This document shows positions 11,762 through 22,119 of a stretch of 64,000 bases of DNA, in pieces. Every line of letters starts with the position of its first letter. The first letter of the stretch is position 1. The translations under genes and the position numbers were made by a program. The DNA is from an uncultured Deinococcaceae bacterium (lineage in GTDB: Bacteria > Deinococcota > Deinococci > Deinococcales > Deinococcaceae): the NCBI GenBank assembly GCA_963837785.1, contig CAWIOW010000031.1, forward strand, positions 38,256 to 102,255, written 5' to 3'. Below the pieces are notes generated by a model, which saw only the letters and a program-made list of their open reading frames with translations, searched no databases and was not told where the DNA came from.

Positions 11762-11911
11762 AGGTTTAGCCTAACACTAATTACAGATAAGCTCTCTTAA
11801 TAACCTTGTATAATCTTGTTTAATAATCTTGTTTAACCCTGTTTGGCAAGGTTTAGCACGCACTTTAAAAAGTAGGTTTATGGTTTTTGGCACACTATGA
11901 GACAATGGAGC

Positions 11912-12319
11912 ATGTCTCTTAATTCGCCCACCTCTAAGCAAGTGGCCCTTATTGCCCACGACAAGAAAAAACTAGAGTTGGCCTTATTTGCCCTGGCTCA
12001 CCGCGACACCCTAAAACACTTTCGGTTGGTTGCCACTGGAACTACAGGCGGTATTTTGCAAAAGCAAACGGGCCTAGCTATAGAGCGTGTTTTATCTGGC
12101 CCACTGGGTGGGGATCAACAAATAGGGTCGCGCTTAGCTGAAGAAAACATTTTGGCAATATTCTTTTTCCGCGACCCCCTAACCGCTCAGCCCCACGAAC
12201 CAGATGTCAGCGCCCTTATGCGGTTATGTGATGTTCATGATGTACCACTTGCCACCAACCCAGCCAGCGCCGAAGCCTTAATGCTTTGGCTTAAGCTTCA
12301 GGTTGCGAGCGAACAGTAG
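11912..12319 (+). CDS. mgsA: Methylglyoxal synthase
   Basis: Motifs [25 protein letters not shown] and QPHEPDV; an alternative start exists at 11897. Confidence 0.96.
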   Translation: MSLNSPTSKQVALIAHDKKKLELALFALAHRDTLKHFRLVATGTTGGILQKQTGLAIERVLSGPLGGDQQIGSRLAEENILAIFFFRDPLTAQPHEPDVSALMRLCDVHDVPLATNPASAEALMLWLKLQVASEQ

Positions 12320-12474
12320 TCCAGAAGATTGTTTAAAATTTGTGTATAAACAGAAAAGAGTTTACAGATTGGTATTTGGACCAACATAAATTAGCATTAT
12401 TAATCACTCTGCTTTATGAAATAAAGTGTGCCTGCCTGACCATCTGCAAAGGTGCCCAGTGCTACCCTTTAGCT

Positions 12475-13455
12475 ATGAAGAGTCCGACACAAGATTATGA
12501 TGTGGTTATTATTGGTGGTGGCCCAGCTGGTTTAACAGCCGCTATTTACACAGGCCGCGCCAGCCTTAAAACCGTGGTTTTAGAACGTGGCTTACCAGGT
12601 GGGCAAATTGCCCAAACCGAAGAAGTAGAAAACTACCCTGGATTTCCAGAACCCATTAGCGGCATGGAATTGGCCCAGCGTATGCAGCAGCAGGCCGAAA
12701 AATTTGGTGGCAAAATAGAGATGGAAGAGGTTTTGGCTGTGAAGCGCCTAGACGATGACCGTGCCCATGAATACCCCTTTTTGGTAGAAGGATACGGCGC
12801 TGATTACCGTGCCAAGGCCGTTATTTTGGCTACGGGCGCAAATCCTAAGCGCCTTGGCGTGGTGGGCGAAGAAAACTTTTGGGGCAAAGGCGTCAGCACC
12901 TGCGCCACCTGCGATGGTTTTTTCTATCGTGGCAAAAAAGTAGTGGTTGTGGGTGGGGGAGACGCCGCCGTAGAAGAGGGCTTATTTTTAACCAAATTTG
13001 CCAGCGAAGTCACCATTATTCACCGTCGCGACAGCCTGCGTGCTAATAAAGTAGCTCAGGCCCGCGCCTTTGCTCACCCTAAAATTAAATTTATTTGGGA
13101 TACTGCCATAGAAGAAATTCAGGGCGAGGGCAGTGTTTCTGGCGTTCGTCTTAAAAATCTTAAAACGGGTGAAACCAGCGAAATGGCAACCGATGGCGTC
13201 TTTATTTTTGTGGGCCACGTTCCTAACACAGAATTTGTAAAAGACCTTGTTCATTTGCGCGAAGATGGCTACGTGGATGTAAAAGAAGAAATTTATACCA
13301 ATGTTCCCATGCTATTTGCCGCCGGAGATGTTAGTGATTATATGTATCGCCAACTTGGAACCAGTATTGGGGCCGGAACCCGCGCTGCCATGAGTGCCGA
13401 ACGTGCCTTGGCTGCTTTAGAAGTCGCCGGACATACCATTACTGCCGCCGACTAA
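12475..13455 (+). CDS. trxB: Thioredoxin-disulfide reductase
   Basis: GGGPAG, CATC and GGGDAAVEE; start MKSPTQDY after TACCCT-N6. Confidence 0.96.
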   Translation: MKSPTQDYDVVIIGGGPAGLTAAIYTGRASLKTVVLERGLPGGQIAQTEEVENYPGFPEPISGMELAQRMQQQAEKFGGKIEMEEVLAVKRLDDDRAHEYPFLVEGYGADYRAKAVILATGANPKRLGVVGEENFWGKGVSTCATCDGFFYRGKKVVVVGGGDAAVEEGLFLTKFASEVTIIHRRDSLRANKVAQARAFAHPKIKFIWDTAIEEIQGEGSVSGVRLKNLKTGETSEMATDGVFIFVGHVPNTEFVKDLVHLREDGYVDVKEEIYTNVPMLFAAGDVSDYMYRQLGTSIGAGTRAAMSAERALAALEVAGHTITAAD

Positions 13456-13511
13456 GCAAAGTAGGCTTTAACCTAATAACCTAAGCTGAAAACTTAGCGG
13501 ATATGCCCAGT

Positions 13512-13545
13512 AAAAAACGTCAATCTTTAATAGGGTTGGCGTTTT
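13512..13545 (+). terminator. Putative intrinsic terminator
   Basis: AAAACGTCAATC...GGTTGGCGTTTT hairpin after trxB. Confidence 0.5.
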
Positions 13546-13568
13546 GGGTTAACATCCGTTATTTCGTA

Positions 13569-13604
13569 TTAATCTCAACCTTAATCTCAACCTTAATCTC
13601 AGCC
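13569..13604. repeat. Tandem repeat TTAATCTCAACC x3 (12 bp), intergenic
   Basis: Read directly; the last copy is degenerate. Confidence 0.9.
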
Positions 13605-13743
13605 AGAGTGCTTATCAGAAAATAATCAGATTCAATTTGCAAGCTAATACTTATTGTGGAGATATGGCTTGCTTAAAATGGGATAGATCATTTTTAGGTA
13701 TAGGTATACAGTAAATTTGCCGCCGGATTTTTAGAGGAGAATC

Positions 13744-14259
13744 ATGCCTTACCGTACTGTTCTGTTTCGTGCTCGCCGTAAAGGGGTGGGCTATCTTGCC
13801 AAAATACAACGACTGGCACGGAGTCTTAGGCCAGAGCAGGCCAGACCGGATGACATTTGGGCCAGCCAGTATTTAACTTCCGGCGAGGCGCGGGTTTATT
13901 TTGGTATGGATTCAAGAGACCGCGAACATGCTTGCCGTGTCACGCGGCATTTATTAAAAGACCACCCCTTTATTGACGAAGAAGTGATTGCGGCGGCCTT
14001 GTTGCACGATTGCGGCAAAAGTGTTCGCCGTTACTCGGTGATAGAGCGTGTCTTGGTGGGTCTTATTCCCAATAGGATTGCCCGCTTTTTGCCTCCCTTT
14101 GGGCCAATTGGCATTAGGGCGCACCATCCAGAATTAGGGGCGCGGTTGCTGGCACACCTTGGGGCAAGGCCCGCTGTGGCCCGTTTGGTAGCGCGGCATC
14201 ATCACCCAATGGGCGACCCAGACGCCGAATTACTGCACCATTACGATGAACAAGAATAA
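13744..14259 (+). CDS. HD-domain protein
   Basis: H...ALLHDCGK and HHPELGA motifs. Confidence 0.85.
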   Translation: MPYRTVLFRARRKGVGYLAKIQRLARSLRPEQARPDDIWASQYLTSGEARVYFGMDSRDREHACRVTRHLLKDHPFIDEEVIAAALLHDCGKSVRRYSVIERVLVGLIPNRIARFLPPFGPIGIRAHHPELGARLLAHLGARPAVARLVARHHHPMGDPDAELLHHYDEQE

Positions 14260-14262
14260 GCT

Positions 14263-14308
14263 GAACAAGAAAAAACAGGAGAGCTAAAACCGTCCTGTTT
14301 TCTTGTTC
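14263..14308. terminator. Bidirectional terminator
   Basis: GAACAAGAAAAAACAGGA...TCCTGTTTTCTTGTTC between convergent genes. Confidence 0.6.
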
Positions 14309-14357
14309 TGTTGCTGTTTTTAGCTTTTTAGGGGCTTAAGCTTTTATTCGTAAGATT

Positions 14358-14831
14358 TTATTCGTGGTCGTGATCGCTGTGCGCGTGTCCGTGGTCTATT
14401 TCGTCGGGGGTGGCGTCACGGACGTTTAGTACTTTGACATTAAAGTCTAGAACCTTACCAGCGAGGGGTGGGTTAAAATCCACTTTTACCTTGTCGCCGT
14501 CAAAGCTAAGCACCGTAAAAGGAATAACGCTGCCGTCCTCGGATTGGGCGTAGTAGGTGGCTCCGACTTCAATATCCTCTTCAAAATCAGCACGATCTAG
14601 GTCTTCAACACTGCTTTCGTCGCGTTCGCCATAGCCTTCTTCGGGTTGTACGGTCACTTTAATAGTGTCGCCAATAGACTTGCCTTCAAGGGCTTTTTCT
14701 AAGCCAGGAATGATGTTGTTGTGGCCCTGTAAATAAACCAAGGGGTCGTTAGGCTCGCTTTGGTCTATGATTTCGCCGTCTACAGTGAGTTTGTAATCTA
14801 GTTCTACTACTTTGTCTTGGGTGATATTCAT
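14358..14831 (-). CDS. slyD: FKBP-type peptidyl-prolyl isomerase SlyD
   Basis: Motifs IIPGLEKAL, PEEGYG and DFNPPLAGKVL, plus a His-rich tail. Confidence 0.93.
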   Translation of the reverse strand: MNITQDKVVELDYKLTVDGEIIDQSEPNDPLVYLQGHNNIIPGLEKALEGKSIGDTIKVTVQPEEGYGERDESSVEDLDRADFEEDIEVGATYYAQSEDGSVIPFTVLSFDGDKVKVDFNPPLAGKVLDFNVKVLNVRDATPDEIDHGHAHSDHDHE

Positions 14832-15006
14832 GAGAATCTCCATTATTCGCCTGCCCTTAACTCAAAGCTTCCGCGATTAGTGATGCTCCCGCAGTTTACC
14901 TTGTCTTGGATGAGGAGGTGTTCGTTTTTTCACACAAAAATAAATAAAAAGCAAAGCCAAGTTTAATTTTAAAAGACTCAGTTATGCCAGCGCTTATGCT
15001 AAAGCC

Positions 15007-16236
15007 ATGAACCAACCCCAGCCAAATTTACAGCCAAATTTACAGCCAGATAAGCTTAACTTTCCCATGTTTATTAGCGTAGAGCAGGCTAGGCAGCATT
15101 TACTGGACTTGCTCCCGCCACCACAATCAGAGTGGGTGACTGTGAGGGCGGCGCTTGGTCGTATTTTGGCGCAGGATTTGCCTGCATTGGTCAGCCACCC
15201 AAGCGCTACTGAAAGCGCCTTAGACGGTATTGCCGCCCGCGCCGCCGATACTGCTTTAGCCAGTGCTGCTGAGCCTGTTTGCCTTAAAGTCATTGGGGAA
15301 AGTCGGGCCGGATTGCCGTTTTTGGGCCAAGTAGAAGCTGGCGAATGTGTGCGGATTTATACCGGAGCGCCCATGCCAGCCGGAGCCGACGCCATTTGCC
15401 CAGTAGAACAACTTAAAGATGATGAACCAAATCATGTTTTGCTGCTGCGCCCCGCTTTGGTATCAGATGTAAGGCCCGAAGGCGGCGATTTTAAGGCTGG
15501 CGAAGTGGTGTTAAATGCGGGCTTATGGCTTACTGCGCCGCGTGTGGCTTTGGCAGTGGCTTTGGGTTATGCCAAAATTCCGGTACAAAAAAAGTGGCGG
15601 GTGGCGCTGTTATCTACCGGAGATGAAGTAGTAGAGCCAGGGCAGCCGCTGTTGGCGGGCCAAGTCTATGACAGCAACCGAATTGGCCTTGGGGCCATGC
15701 TGCAAGAAAGCGGCTGTGAGGTCATTCAGCTAGGGCACGCGCCAGACAGCCCCGAAGCGCTACAAGCTAGTATTTTGGGTGCAGGTGGGGCCGATTTACT
15801 GCTAACCAGCGGCGGCGTAAGCATGGGCAAATACGACTTTATGCGCGACCTGCTGATAGAACATGGCAAAGTATCATTCTGGAAAGTGCGAATGCGTCCG
15901 GGGGGGCCAGCTATTTTGGGTGGCTGGAACGGGCTGCCTGTGTTTGGTTTGCCGGGCAATCCGGTGAGTAGTTTGGTGGTGTATCACGTTATTGTTCGCC
16001 CAGTCTTAACGGGTCAGCCGCTGCAACTGCTAAAGCTGCGGGCCGCTACCCCATTTCGGGGTTTGCCAGACAAAACAGCCTTTTGGCGCGGCGTTATTAA
16101 AGACGGCCTTGTGCATGATTATAAAAACCAAGGCAGCGGCATTTTGCGCTCTCTTTCTGAGGCAGGGGTATTGGTTATGGTTGCCGAAGGTGCGGAGGTT
16201 AAAGCGGGCGATGACGTGGACGTTATTTTGCTATAG
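15007..16236 (+). CDS. moeA: Molybdopterin molybdotransferase
   Basis: Motifs SALDG, IYTGAPMP, STGDE, SGGVSMG and GLPGNP. Confidence 0.94.
   Translation: MNQPQPNLQPNLQPDKLNFPMFISVEQARQHLLDLLPPPQSEWVTVRAALGRILAQDLPALVSHPSATESALDGIAARAADTALASAAEPVCLKVIGESRAGLPFLGQVEAGECVRIYTGAPMPAGADAICPVEQLKDDEPNHVLLLRPALVSDVRPEGGDFKAGEVVLNAGLWLTAPRVALAVALGYAKIPVQKKWRVALLSTGDEVVEPGQPLLAGQVYDSNRIGLGAMLQESGCEVIQLGHAPDSPEALQASILGAGGADLLLTSGGVSMGKYDFMRDLLIEHGKVSFWKVRMRPGGPAILGGWNGLPVFGLPGNPVSSLVVYHVIVRPVLTGQPLQLLKLRAATPFRGLPDKTAFWRGVIKDGLVHDYKNQGSGILRSLSEAGVLVMVAEGAEVKAGDDVDVILL
15019..15048. repeat. In-frame 12-bp repeat CAGCCAAATTTA (QPNL) at the MoeA N-terminus
   Basis: Read directly; 2.5 copies. Confidence 0.85.
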
Positions 16237-16312
16237 CTCTGCGAGGTATCTTAGCGCTCTTACAGGGGCATATTTACAGAAGTGTAGGATTGTTTCACTC
16301 TACTCTTAACTC

Positions 16313-16747
16313 CTAAGCCTCAGCCACTTCACGCTTAAGGCGCATTAAAATGGCTCCCATTCCTCTTAGGCGCATAGGGGTAATCAGTTCGCTTAGGCCC
16401 ATATCCATATAAAACTGGTCTGGCACGCTTAAAATGGTTTCGGGAGTCGCTCCGTTTAAGGCTTCGTGCAAAATGCCAGCATAGCCGCGCACGGTTGGTG
16501 CTTCTGGGGGCACTTTAAAATGAAGCTGAATGCCGCCCTGATCGTCTTTTTCGGTAACCAAAAAGAATGGGCTGGTGCATTCGGGCACAGGCTGTAAAAA
16601 CTCTGGATGCTCTATGTATTTTTCGGGCAAGGCGGGTAGTTTCTTGCTGTATTCCAGTAGTGCTTGCAGCCTTAGGCTTTTGGGGGCGCTTTTAAACATA
16701 CTCACAATACTTTGTAGTTTTTCGGGTAAAGGGGCGGCTTCGCTCAT
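16313..16747 (-). CDS. sufE: SufE family sulfur-acceptor protein
   Basis: VPECTSPF (conserved Cys), EAPTVRG and RLRGM motifs. Confidence 0.88.
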   Translation of the reverse strand: MSEAAPLPEKLQSIVSMFKSAPKSLRLQALLEYSKKLPALPEKYIEHPEFLQPVPECTSPFFLVTEKDDQGGIQLHFKVPPEAPTVRGYAGILHEALNGATPETILSVPDQFYMDMGLSELITPMRLRGMGAILMRLKREVAEA

Positions 16748-16844
16748 AAACCCCACTGTACCTCTGATGCCTATGGTGGTATGGTGTGGCCTGTACAGTT
16801 GACTTAGTTTATCAACTATTGAGTTGGTCTACACTAATTTCTAA

Positions 16845-16949
16845 AGCAAGACCAACCTAGCAAGACCAACCTAGCAAGACCAATCTAGCAAGACCAATCT
16901 AGCAAGACCAATCTAGCAAGACCAATCTAGCAAGACCAATCTAGCAAGA
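16845..16949. repeat. Tandem repeat AGCAAGACCAAYCT x7.5 (14 bp), upstream of the rhodanese gene
   Basis: Two C copies followed by five T copies; no spacers. Confidence 0.97.
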
Positions 16950-16980
16950 TCAGTACCTTAACCCTTAAGGAGAACAAACC

Positions 16981-17841
16981 ATGAGCTACGCCAAAGATGT
17001 CCTTGTAAGCACCGAATGGGCCGCCCAAAACCTAAACACCGCCGGAATTCGTTTTATTGAAGTAGACGAAGATATTTTGCTGTATGACACCGGACACATT
17101 CTAGGAGCCGTAAAGCTAGATTGGCAAAATGACCTATGGCACCCCGTAGAGCGCGATTTTATTGAGCCAGAGCAAGTTGGCGCCCTACTTAGCCGACTTG
17201 GTATTAAGGCTGACGACCAAATTATTTTGTACGGCGACAAAAGCAACTGGTGGGCCAGCTATGCTTATTGGTTTCTTAGCTACAGTGGCGTAAAAAACCT
17301 AAAACTCATGAATGGTGGACGCCAAAAGTGGATTGCAGAAGGCCGCGAAATAAGTACCGAATATCCTATTGTGACCCCCAGTCATTACCCCGCCCTAACC
17401 CGCAATACCAGCCTGCGTGCCTACAAAGACGAAGTTAAAGCCCACCTTGCCAGCGTGCAAAACGGTACAGGCGCTTTGGTTGACGTGCGTAGCCCAGATG
17501 AATTTAGTGGCAAAGTGACCCACATGGCTAATTACCCACAAGAAGGCGTGCTGCGTGGTGGTCATATTCCGGGGGCGCGTAGCATTCCTTGGGCCAAAGC
17601 TACCAATGAAGATGGCACTTTCAAATCTGCTGAAGAGTTGGCAGCCCTATACGGTGGCGAAGGCGTAACAGCCGACAAAGAAGTAATTGCTTACTGCCGC
17701 ATTGCCGAGCGCAGCAGTCATTCTTGGTTTGTTCTGCGTGAATTGCTGGGCTACTCAAATGTTCGCAACTACGATGGAAGCTGGACAGAATGGGGCAATG
17801 CTGTTGGTATGCCCATAGAAAAAACCTACCAAGAAGCCTAA
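16981..17841 (+). CDS. Thiosulfate sulfurtransferase (two-domain rhodanese, SseA/CysA type)
   Basis: GHIPGA, active-site YCRIAERS and NYDGSWTEW. Confidence 0.94.
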   Translation: MSYAKDVLVSTEWAAQNLNTAGIRFIEVDEDILLYDTGHILGAVKLDWQNDLWHPVERDFIEPEQVGALLSRLGIKADDQIILYGDKSNWWASYAYWFLSYSGVKNLKLMNGGRQKWIAEGREISTEYPIVTPSHYPALTRNTSLRAYKDEVKAHLASVQNGTGALVDVRSPDEFSGKVTHMANYPQEGVLRGGHIPGARSIPWAKATNEDGTFKSAEELAALYGGEGVTADKEVIAYCRIAERSSHSWFVLRELLGYSNVRNYDGSWTEWGNAVGMPIEKTYQEA

Positions 17842-17890
17842 GCTTAGCTAAATTTAACTTAAATGAAATTGCAAGGGTTTATATAAAACA

Positions 17891-17927
17891 AAAACAGAGG
17901 CGACATGTTAAGTATTGCCTCTGTTTT
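17891..17927. terminator. Bidirectional terminator
   Basis: AAAACAGAGGCGA...TTGCCTCTGTTTT between convergent genes. Confidence 0.7.
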
Positions 17928-17978
17928 AAATTTAAAAATTTACTTTAGCTTGAGTTTATCCCAACTGGCTGCTTAAAA

Positions 17979-18941
17979 TTAATGCAAAGGCACATGCCCC
18001 GGAAAGCCAATCAGGTAATCCAGCAAGTCCCCGACCATAGCCGAGGCCGTGACCATGCCGCCCGCGCCGCCGCCTGCAAAAATCAGTGAGCCGCACTCTT
18101 CGCCTTCATAAACCAGTGCATTGCGGGTGCCCCCAGCCGTCACTAAAGGATGGTTGGTATCTAGGCGCTGTGGCGAAACGGTGGCTTTCCATGTGTCGCC
18201 TTCGCGTTTTAGTTCGGCAACTAACTTAATGCGCTGCCCAGCGGCTTTAGCTTCTGCCATATCAGCGGGGGTTACGTTTTCAATACCTTGAACCTGCACC
18301 GCGCTATAAGAAAAGTTGGCATCGGCGCAAAAGCGTGCCAGTACGGTTAATTTATGGGCGGTATCAAATCCACCCACATCTAGGGTCGGTGGGTCTTCGG
18401 CGTAACCTAGGACTTGGGCTTCGGCTAGGGCGGTGGCGTAATCTTTACCGCCTTCCATTTGGGTTAAAATGTACAAACAAGTGCCGTTTAGCACAGCTTG
18501 TAGACTTTTAAAGGTGCTGGCCCGCAAGACGGTACTCATGGGGCCAATCACAGGAGTTCCCGCCATAACGCTGGCTTCGTAGTACAAGCGGCCCGCCAGT
18601 GCATGTTCGCGGAGTTCATCCCAGCGCTCGGCTAACAGGGCTTTATTGGCAGTAATCACCGGACGCCCCGAACGTAAATGCGGGCGCAATAGCTCTAGCG
18701 GGCGGTCTATCCCACCCATCGCCTCAATCAGTACCCCACATTCTTGTAAAAAACCGGGGTCATTGGTTACATTGGTGCCCTCTGGAATATCGCGGGGCTT
18801 GTTGACATCGCGCACCAATACGCCCGCTATTTCAAGGTTTACACCAAGGTCATCAAAAATATGCTTTCTACGCTGGATTAGGTTAAGGACATCTTGCCCT
18901 ACGGTGCCGCTGCCCAACATACCTACGGTGACGGTTCTCAT
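17979..18941 (-). CDS. hom: Homoserine dehydrogenase
   Basis: Motifs LGSGTVG, TANKA, YEASV and GFDTAHK. Confidence 0.95.
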   Translation of the reverse strand: MRTVTVGMLGSGTVGQDVLNLIQRRKHIFDDLGVNLEIAGVLVRDVNKPRDIPEGTNVTNDPGFLQECGVLIEAMGGIDRPLELLRPHLRSGRPVITANKALLAERWDELREHALAGRLYYEASVMAGTPVIGPMSTVLRASTFKSLQAVLNGTCLYILTQMEGGKDYATALAEAQVLGYAEDPPTLDVGGFDTAHKLTVLARFCADANFSYSAVQVQGIENVTPADMAEAKAAGQRIKLVAELKREGDTWKATVSPQRLDTNHPLVTAGGTRNALVYEGEECGSLIFAGGGAGGMVTASAMVGDLLDYLIGFPGHVPLH

Positions 18942-18970
18942 AACGGTAGAGTGTAGCGCCTTGGTCGTTT

Positions 18971-19010
18971 GTTTGTTTGGGTTTGTTTGGGTTTGTTTGG
19001 GTTTGTTTGG
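18971..19010. repeat. Tandem repeat GTTTGTTTGG x4 (10 bp), intergenic
   Basis: Read directly from the sequence. Confidence 0.95.
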
Positions 19011-19044
19011 GTCGGCATAGGTGAGTGTTGTGCAGCGTGCCTGA

Positions 19045-19084
19045 GATTCTTGTTGGTTGATTCTTGTTGGTTGATTCTTGTTGG
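19045..19084. repeat. Tandem repeat GATTCTTGTTGGTT x2.9 (14 bp), intergenic
   Basis: Read directly from the sequence. Confidence 0.93.
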
Positions 19085-19152
19085 CTAAGCTGCCTTACCC
19101 CTCAGTCAGCTAGTCAGCAGTCAGCTCGCTTATTGGGCGCTAAACTGAGTGT

Positions 19153-19230
19153 ATGTTTCACTCTTCCTCGGTTCAATTCTCTTTTAGTAATCCGAATCAA
19201 ACACTGATTCTGATGAAGCTGGTCACATGA
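19153..19230 (+). CDS. Putative leaderless upstream ORF (25 aa) coupled to prfA
   Basis: TAAACT-N6-ATG start; [25 protein letters not shown]; its TGA overlaps the prfA ATG (ATGA). Confidence 0.45.
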   Translation: MFHSSSVQFSFSNPNQTLILMKLVT

Positions 19231-20330
19231 GTTCCCGCCTCTCTGAACTCGCCGCCGAATTTAGCATGGTAGAGCGAGCGCTTGGTGATTCTGCCGCACT
19301 GGCAGACAACCGCGAATATACCCGCCTGACACGACGTCACCGCGAATTGCTGCCAGTAGCAACCTTGGTGCAGGAGCGCGATGAACTTTATGCGAATTTG
19401 CTTGGGGCCAAAGAGCTATTGGCAGACCCCGACATGCGCGAGATGGCAGAGGGCGAGGTTGCCAGCCTAAATGTTCGCTTGCAAGCCATTGAGCAGGAAT
19501 TAGAAGCCTTACTCTTGCCCACTGACCCAGCCGACGCCAAAAACGTGATTTTAGAACTGCGGGCCGGAGCGGGCGGCGCAGAAGCCAGCTTGTTTGTAAC
19601 TGATTTGCTGCGAATGTATACCCGTTATGCCGAAGGCTTGGGCCTTAATGTCAACATTCTAGATGCCAACGAAAGCGACCTTGGTGGGGCCAGTAAGGTG
19701 GTTGCCGAAATAACCGGAAAGTTTGCTTACCGTGCCTTTAAATGGGAGCGGGGTGTTCACCGTGTGCAGCGCATTCCCGCCACCGAATCGGCGGGCCGGA
19801 TTCATACCAGTACCATTACAGTTGCGGTGATGCCCGAAGCTGAACAGCACGACGTTCAACTAGACCTCTCGGAAGTGCGTTTTGATGTTTTTCGCTCGCA
19901 GGGCGCAGGCGGACAGGGCGTAAACACCACTGATAGCGCGGTGCGGGCTGTATACCGCGCAGGCACCCCCGATGAAATTATGGTGGTTTGCCAAGATGGT
20001 CGTTCGCAAATTAAAAACAAAGAAAAAGCCATTGTGGTGCTTACTTCCCGCCTTGCCGAGCGTGAGCGCCTTGCCCGCGAAGAAAAAGAACGCACAGACC
20101 GCTCTTCTCAGGTGGGCAGTGGAGACCGTAGCGAAAAAATTCGCACCTATAATTATCCCCAAAACCGCGTGACCGATCACCGATTAGAGGGCGAAGATAA
20201 AAATTATCCGCTAGATAGCGTAATAGAGGGAAATGTAGGGCCAGTGGTCGGCGCTTTGGCCCGCCTAGAAAAAGAAAAACAACTGATGACGATGGCGGCT
20301 CAAGAGGGCGGAACCTATGGGGCGGCGTGA
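19227..20330 (+). CDS. prfA: Peptide chain release factor 1
   Basis: GGQ motif, RF1-type PAT motif (RIPATES) and [15 protein letters not shown]. Confidence 0.96.
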   Translation: MSSRLSELAAEFSMVERALGDSAALADNREYTRLTRRHRELLPVATLVQERDELYANLLGAKELLADPDMREMAEGEVASLNVRLQAIEQELEALLLPTDPADAKNVILELRAGAGGAEASLFVTDLLRMYTRYAEGLGLNVNILDANESDLGGASKVVAEITGKFAYRAFKWERGVHRVQRIPATESAGRIHTSTITVAVMPEAEQHDVQLDLSEVRFDVFRSQGAGGQGVNTTDSAVRAVYRAGTPDEIMVVCQDGRSQIKNKEKAIVVLTSRLAERERLAREEKERTDRSSQVGSGDRSEKIRTYNYPQNRVTDHRLEGEDKNYPLDSVIEGNVGPVVGALARLEKEKQLMTMAAQEGGTYGAA

Positions 20331-20811
20331 CCTGCTGGTTGCTGCTGGCATTTTAAGAGACAAATTTGGGCGGGTATTGTTGGTAGGCAACGACTGGCAA
20401 GGGCATGGGCGGGTTCGTCATACCTTGCCAGGCGGTGTGGTAGAAGCAGGCGAAACCCTGCCTGAAGCGCTATACCGTGAAATTTTGGAAGAAACGGGAC
20501 TTAAGCTAACCGGAATTAAACACATGGCCTACACCGTGCATATAGAAGACGAGCGGCGCGGCGAGCGGGCTATTGCGGTGGCCTTTGAAGCCACTTGGGA
20601 AGGGCTACTTAATCCTGCCGATCCCGATGGTTTTATCGTAGAAGCCCGTTTTTGTGGTATAGAAGAAGCCCTAGATAAGCTAGAAGCGCCGCCCATGCGT
20701 GAGCCTTTAAGTGATTTTTTAAAGACGGGTGAGGCCGGACGTTTTTACGCTTTTAAAGGCTGGGATGGTCGGGGCGGCTTAAGAATTCCAGCTTTGCGGA
20801 ACCAAGATTAA
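20317..20811 (+). CDS. NUDIX hydrolase
   Basis: Nudix box [24 protein letters not shown]. Confidence 0.92.
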   Translation: MGRRDLLVAAGILRDKFGRVLLVGNDWQGHGRVRHTLPGGVVEAGETLPEALYREILEETGLKLTGIKHMAYTVHIEDERRGERAIAVAFEATWEGLLNPADPDGFIVEARFCGIEEALDKLEAPPMREPLSDFLKTGEAGRFYAFKGWDGRGGLRIPALRNQD

Positions 20812-21093
20812 TGGGATGATAGCCTTATTAGAGAGAGAGTTTTGTCTTCTGAAAGTATCTGATTAGCGCTCCTTTAACTTAAGTTGGATCATTTTTATAT
20901 CTTCCCAAACGTAAAAAATCACATTAGATTAAATCACTATTTCTTTTTAAGCTGAAAACATAAGCGTGCTGGACATCGTTTTTTTAATTGTATGATGATT
21001 ATAATGTGAAAACTAGAGCTGTTTTTAGCATTAACAGAGAAAAATTTTCGTCGTCTGAGACAGTAAATTTCTGAAGGAAAAAGTTGTCTAGCT

Positions 21094-21109
21094 CCCCCCC
21101 CCCCCCCCC
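21094..21109. repeat. C16 homopolymer
   Basis: Read directly; about 300 bp upstream of the first island gene. Confidence 0.9.
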
Positions 21110-21406
21110 ATAATCCGAATCGTCCTATGATGAACGAGCAACAGAAATTTAGGAACCTCAAATGCTAGAGGAATGAATATCTTTAAGCATCCGAGGTTAA
21201 GTGAATTATACCAGCATCAAATCTGTAGTTAAAACAGCACGACTACGGGTTCATGACCCCGTGAAAATCTTTGCCAATCTATAATCACTAATCAGATACC
21301 AAAGCTTATATGGAAACGGCAAGTTATTTTATTTCGCCCGACGCTTTTAGTTTGGTTCTATGGTATCTAAGAGTCATGCGTAGTTTTTCTCTTGTGGAGG
21401 TACTTA

Positions 21407-21505
21407 ATGTCAATTACACTTACTGGATCAGATCTAACAATCGGTGATGTTGAGAAAATTTCACGTTTACACCTGAGGAAAAAGCTTTTCTTTTCGATGA
21501 AGTAA
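21407..21505 (+). pseudogene. 5' stub resembling a histidine/aromatic amino-acid ammonia-lyase (MIO family)
   Basis: GGAGG RBS, then MSITLTGSDLTIGDVEKISR, like the HutH N-terminal I-x-L-x-G-x-x-LT-x-x-DV-x-x-(I/V)-(A/S)-R pattern. It stops after 32 codons. Confidence 0.55.
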
Positions 21506-22119
21506 TTTGTGATCCTAGAGTTGAATTGATACATCCATTTCCATATCTTGATGTTATGACACGAAAGGAGAGAACTTCGCCGGCTGAGGGTTGGAGTGTT
21601 GATCCAATGCGAGCAGATAACTTAGGGCGGGGGGAAGGCAACCTACGAGATTACACTGTAAAGTATCTAAGGCAATTTTCCCCAGAAAATTCTATTTTTT
21701 ATGATCCTGCATGTTTGACAGGCGAATTTTTAGCTGAATTAAAGCGCCATTTCCCAAATTGTATAACTATAAGACAAGACCTTAGTCAGCAAATGGTAGA
21801 TGTCGCTAAGCTTAGAGTTGATCAAGTTGTACAAGGGAATGCTATTAATCCCTATCCTAGTAAGCAGTCAGTAGATTATATGTTTGTTAGATTTTTAAAT
21901 GCTGAGGTAGTAACGTCTGAACAAGCCCACACAATTTTTGATCGATTAGTAGAAGTAATGAAAAATAGTGGTAGGATAATAATATTTGGTCATACTCCTG
22001 TTCTTATTCAATCATCTTACTTTAAGAAAAAAGGATTCATTGTAGATCAAATGCTTGGATACTTAAAAACAGAACCGTACATTTTCCGATATTACGTTTT
22101 ACGAAAATCTACTTCATGA
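21454..22119 (+). CDS. Class I SAM-dependent transferase, similar to Nat-type 3-amino-3-carboxypropyltransferases; probably 5'-truncated
   Basis: YDPACLTGEFL (SAM motif I), DLSQQMV, RFLNAEVV and FGHTPVL. The frame is open from 21454 with no good start or RBS. The Nat similarity is from recall. Confidence 0.6.
   Translation, partial: ENFTFTPEEKAFLFDEVICDPRVELIHPFPYLDVMTRKERTSPAEGWSVDPMRADNLGRGEGNLRDYTVKYLRQFSPENSIFYDPACLTGEFLAELKRHFPNCITIRQDLSQQMVDVAKLRVDQVVQGNAINPYPSKQSVDYMFVRFLNAEVVTSEQAHTIFDRLVEVMKNSGRIIIFGHTPVLIQSSYFKKKGFIVDQMLGYLKTEPYIFRYYVLRKSTS

Noticed and set aside
12340-12474. N-terminal extensions in the ORF track (trxB, accD, permease, infA, trxA, 7956 ORF)
   Set aside because: Downstream starts fit family boundaries and RBS or -10 signals better.
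16845-16949. CRISPR interpretation of this array and the one at 29570
   Set aside because: Units are only 14 bp, head-to-tail with no spacers, and there are no cas genes in the window.
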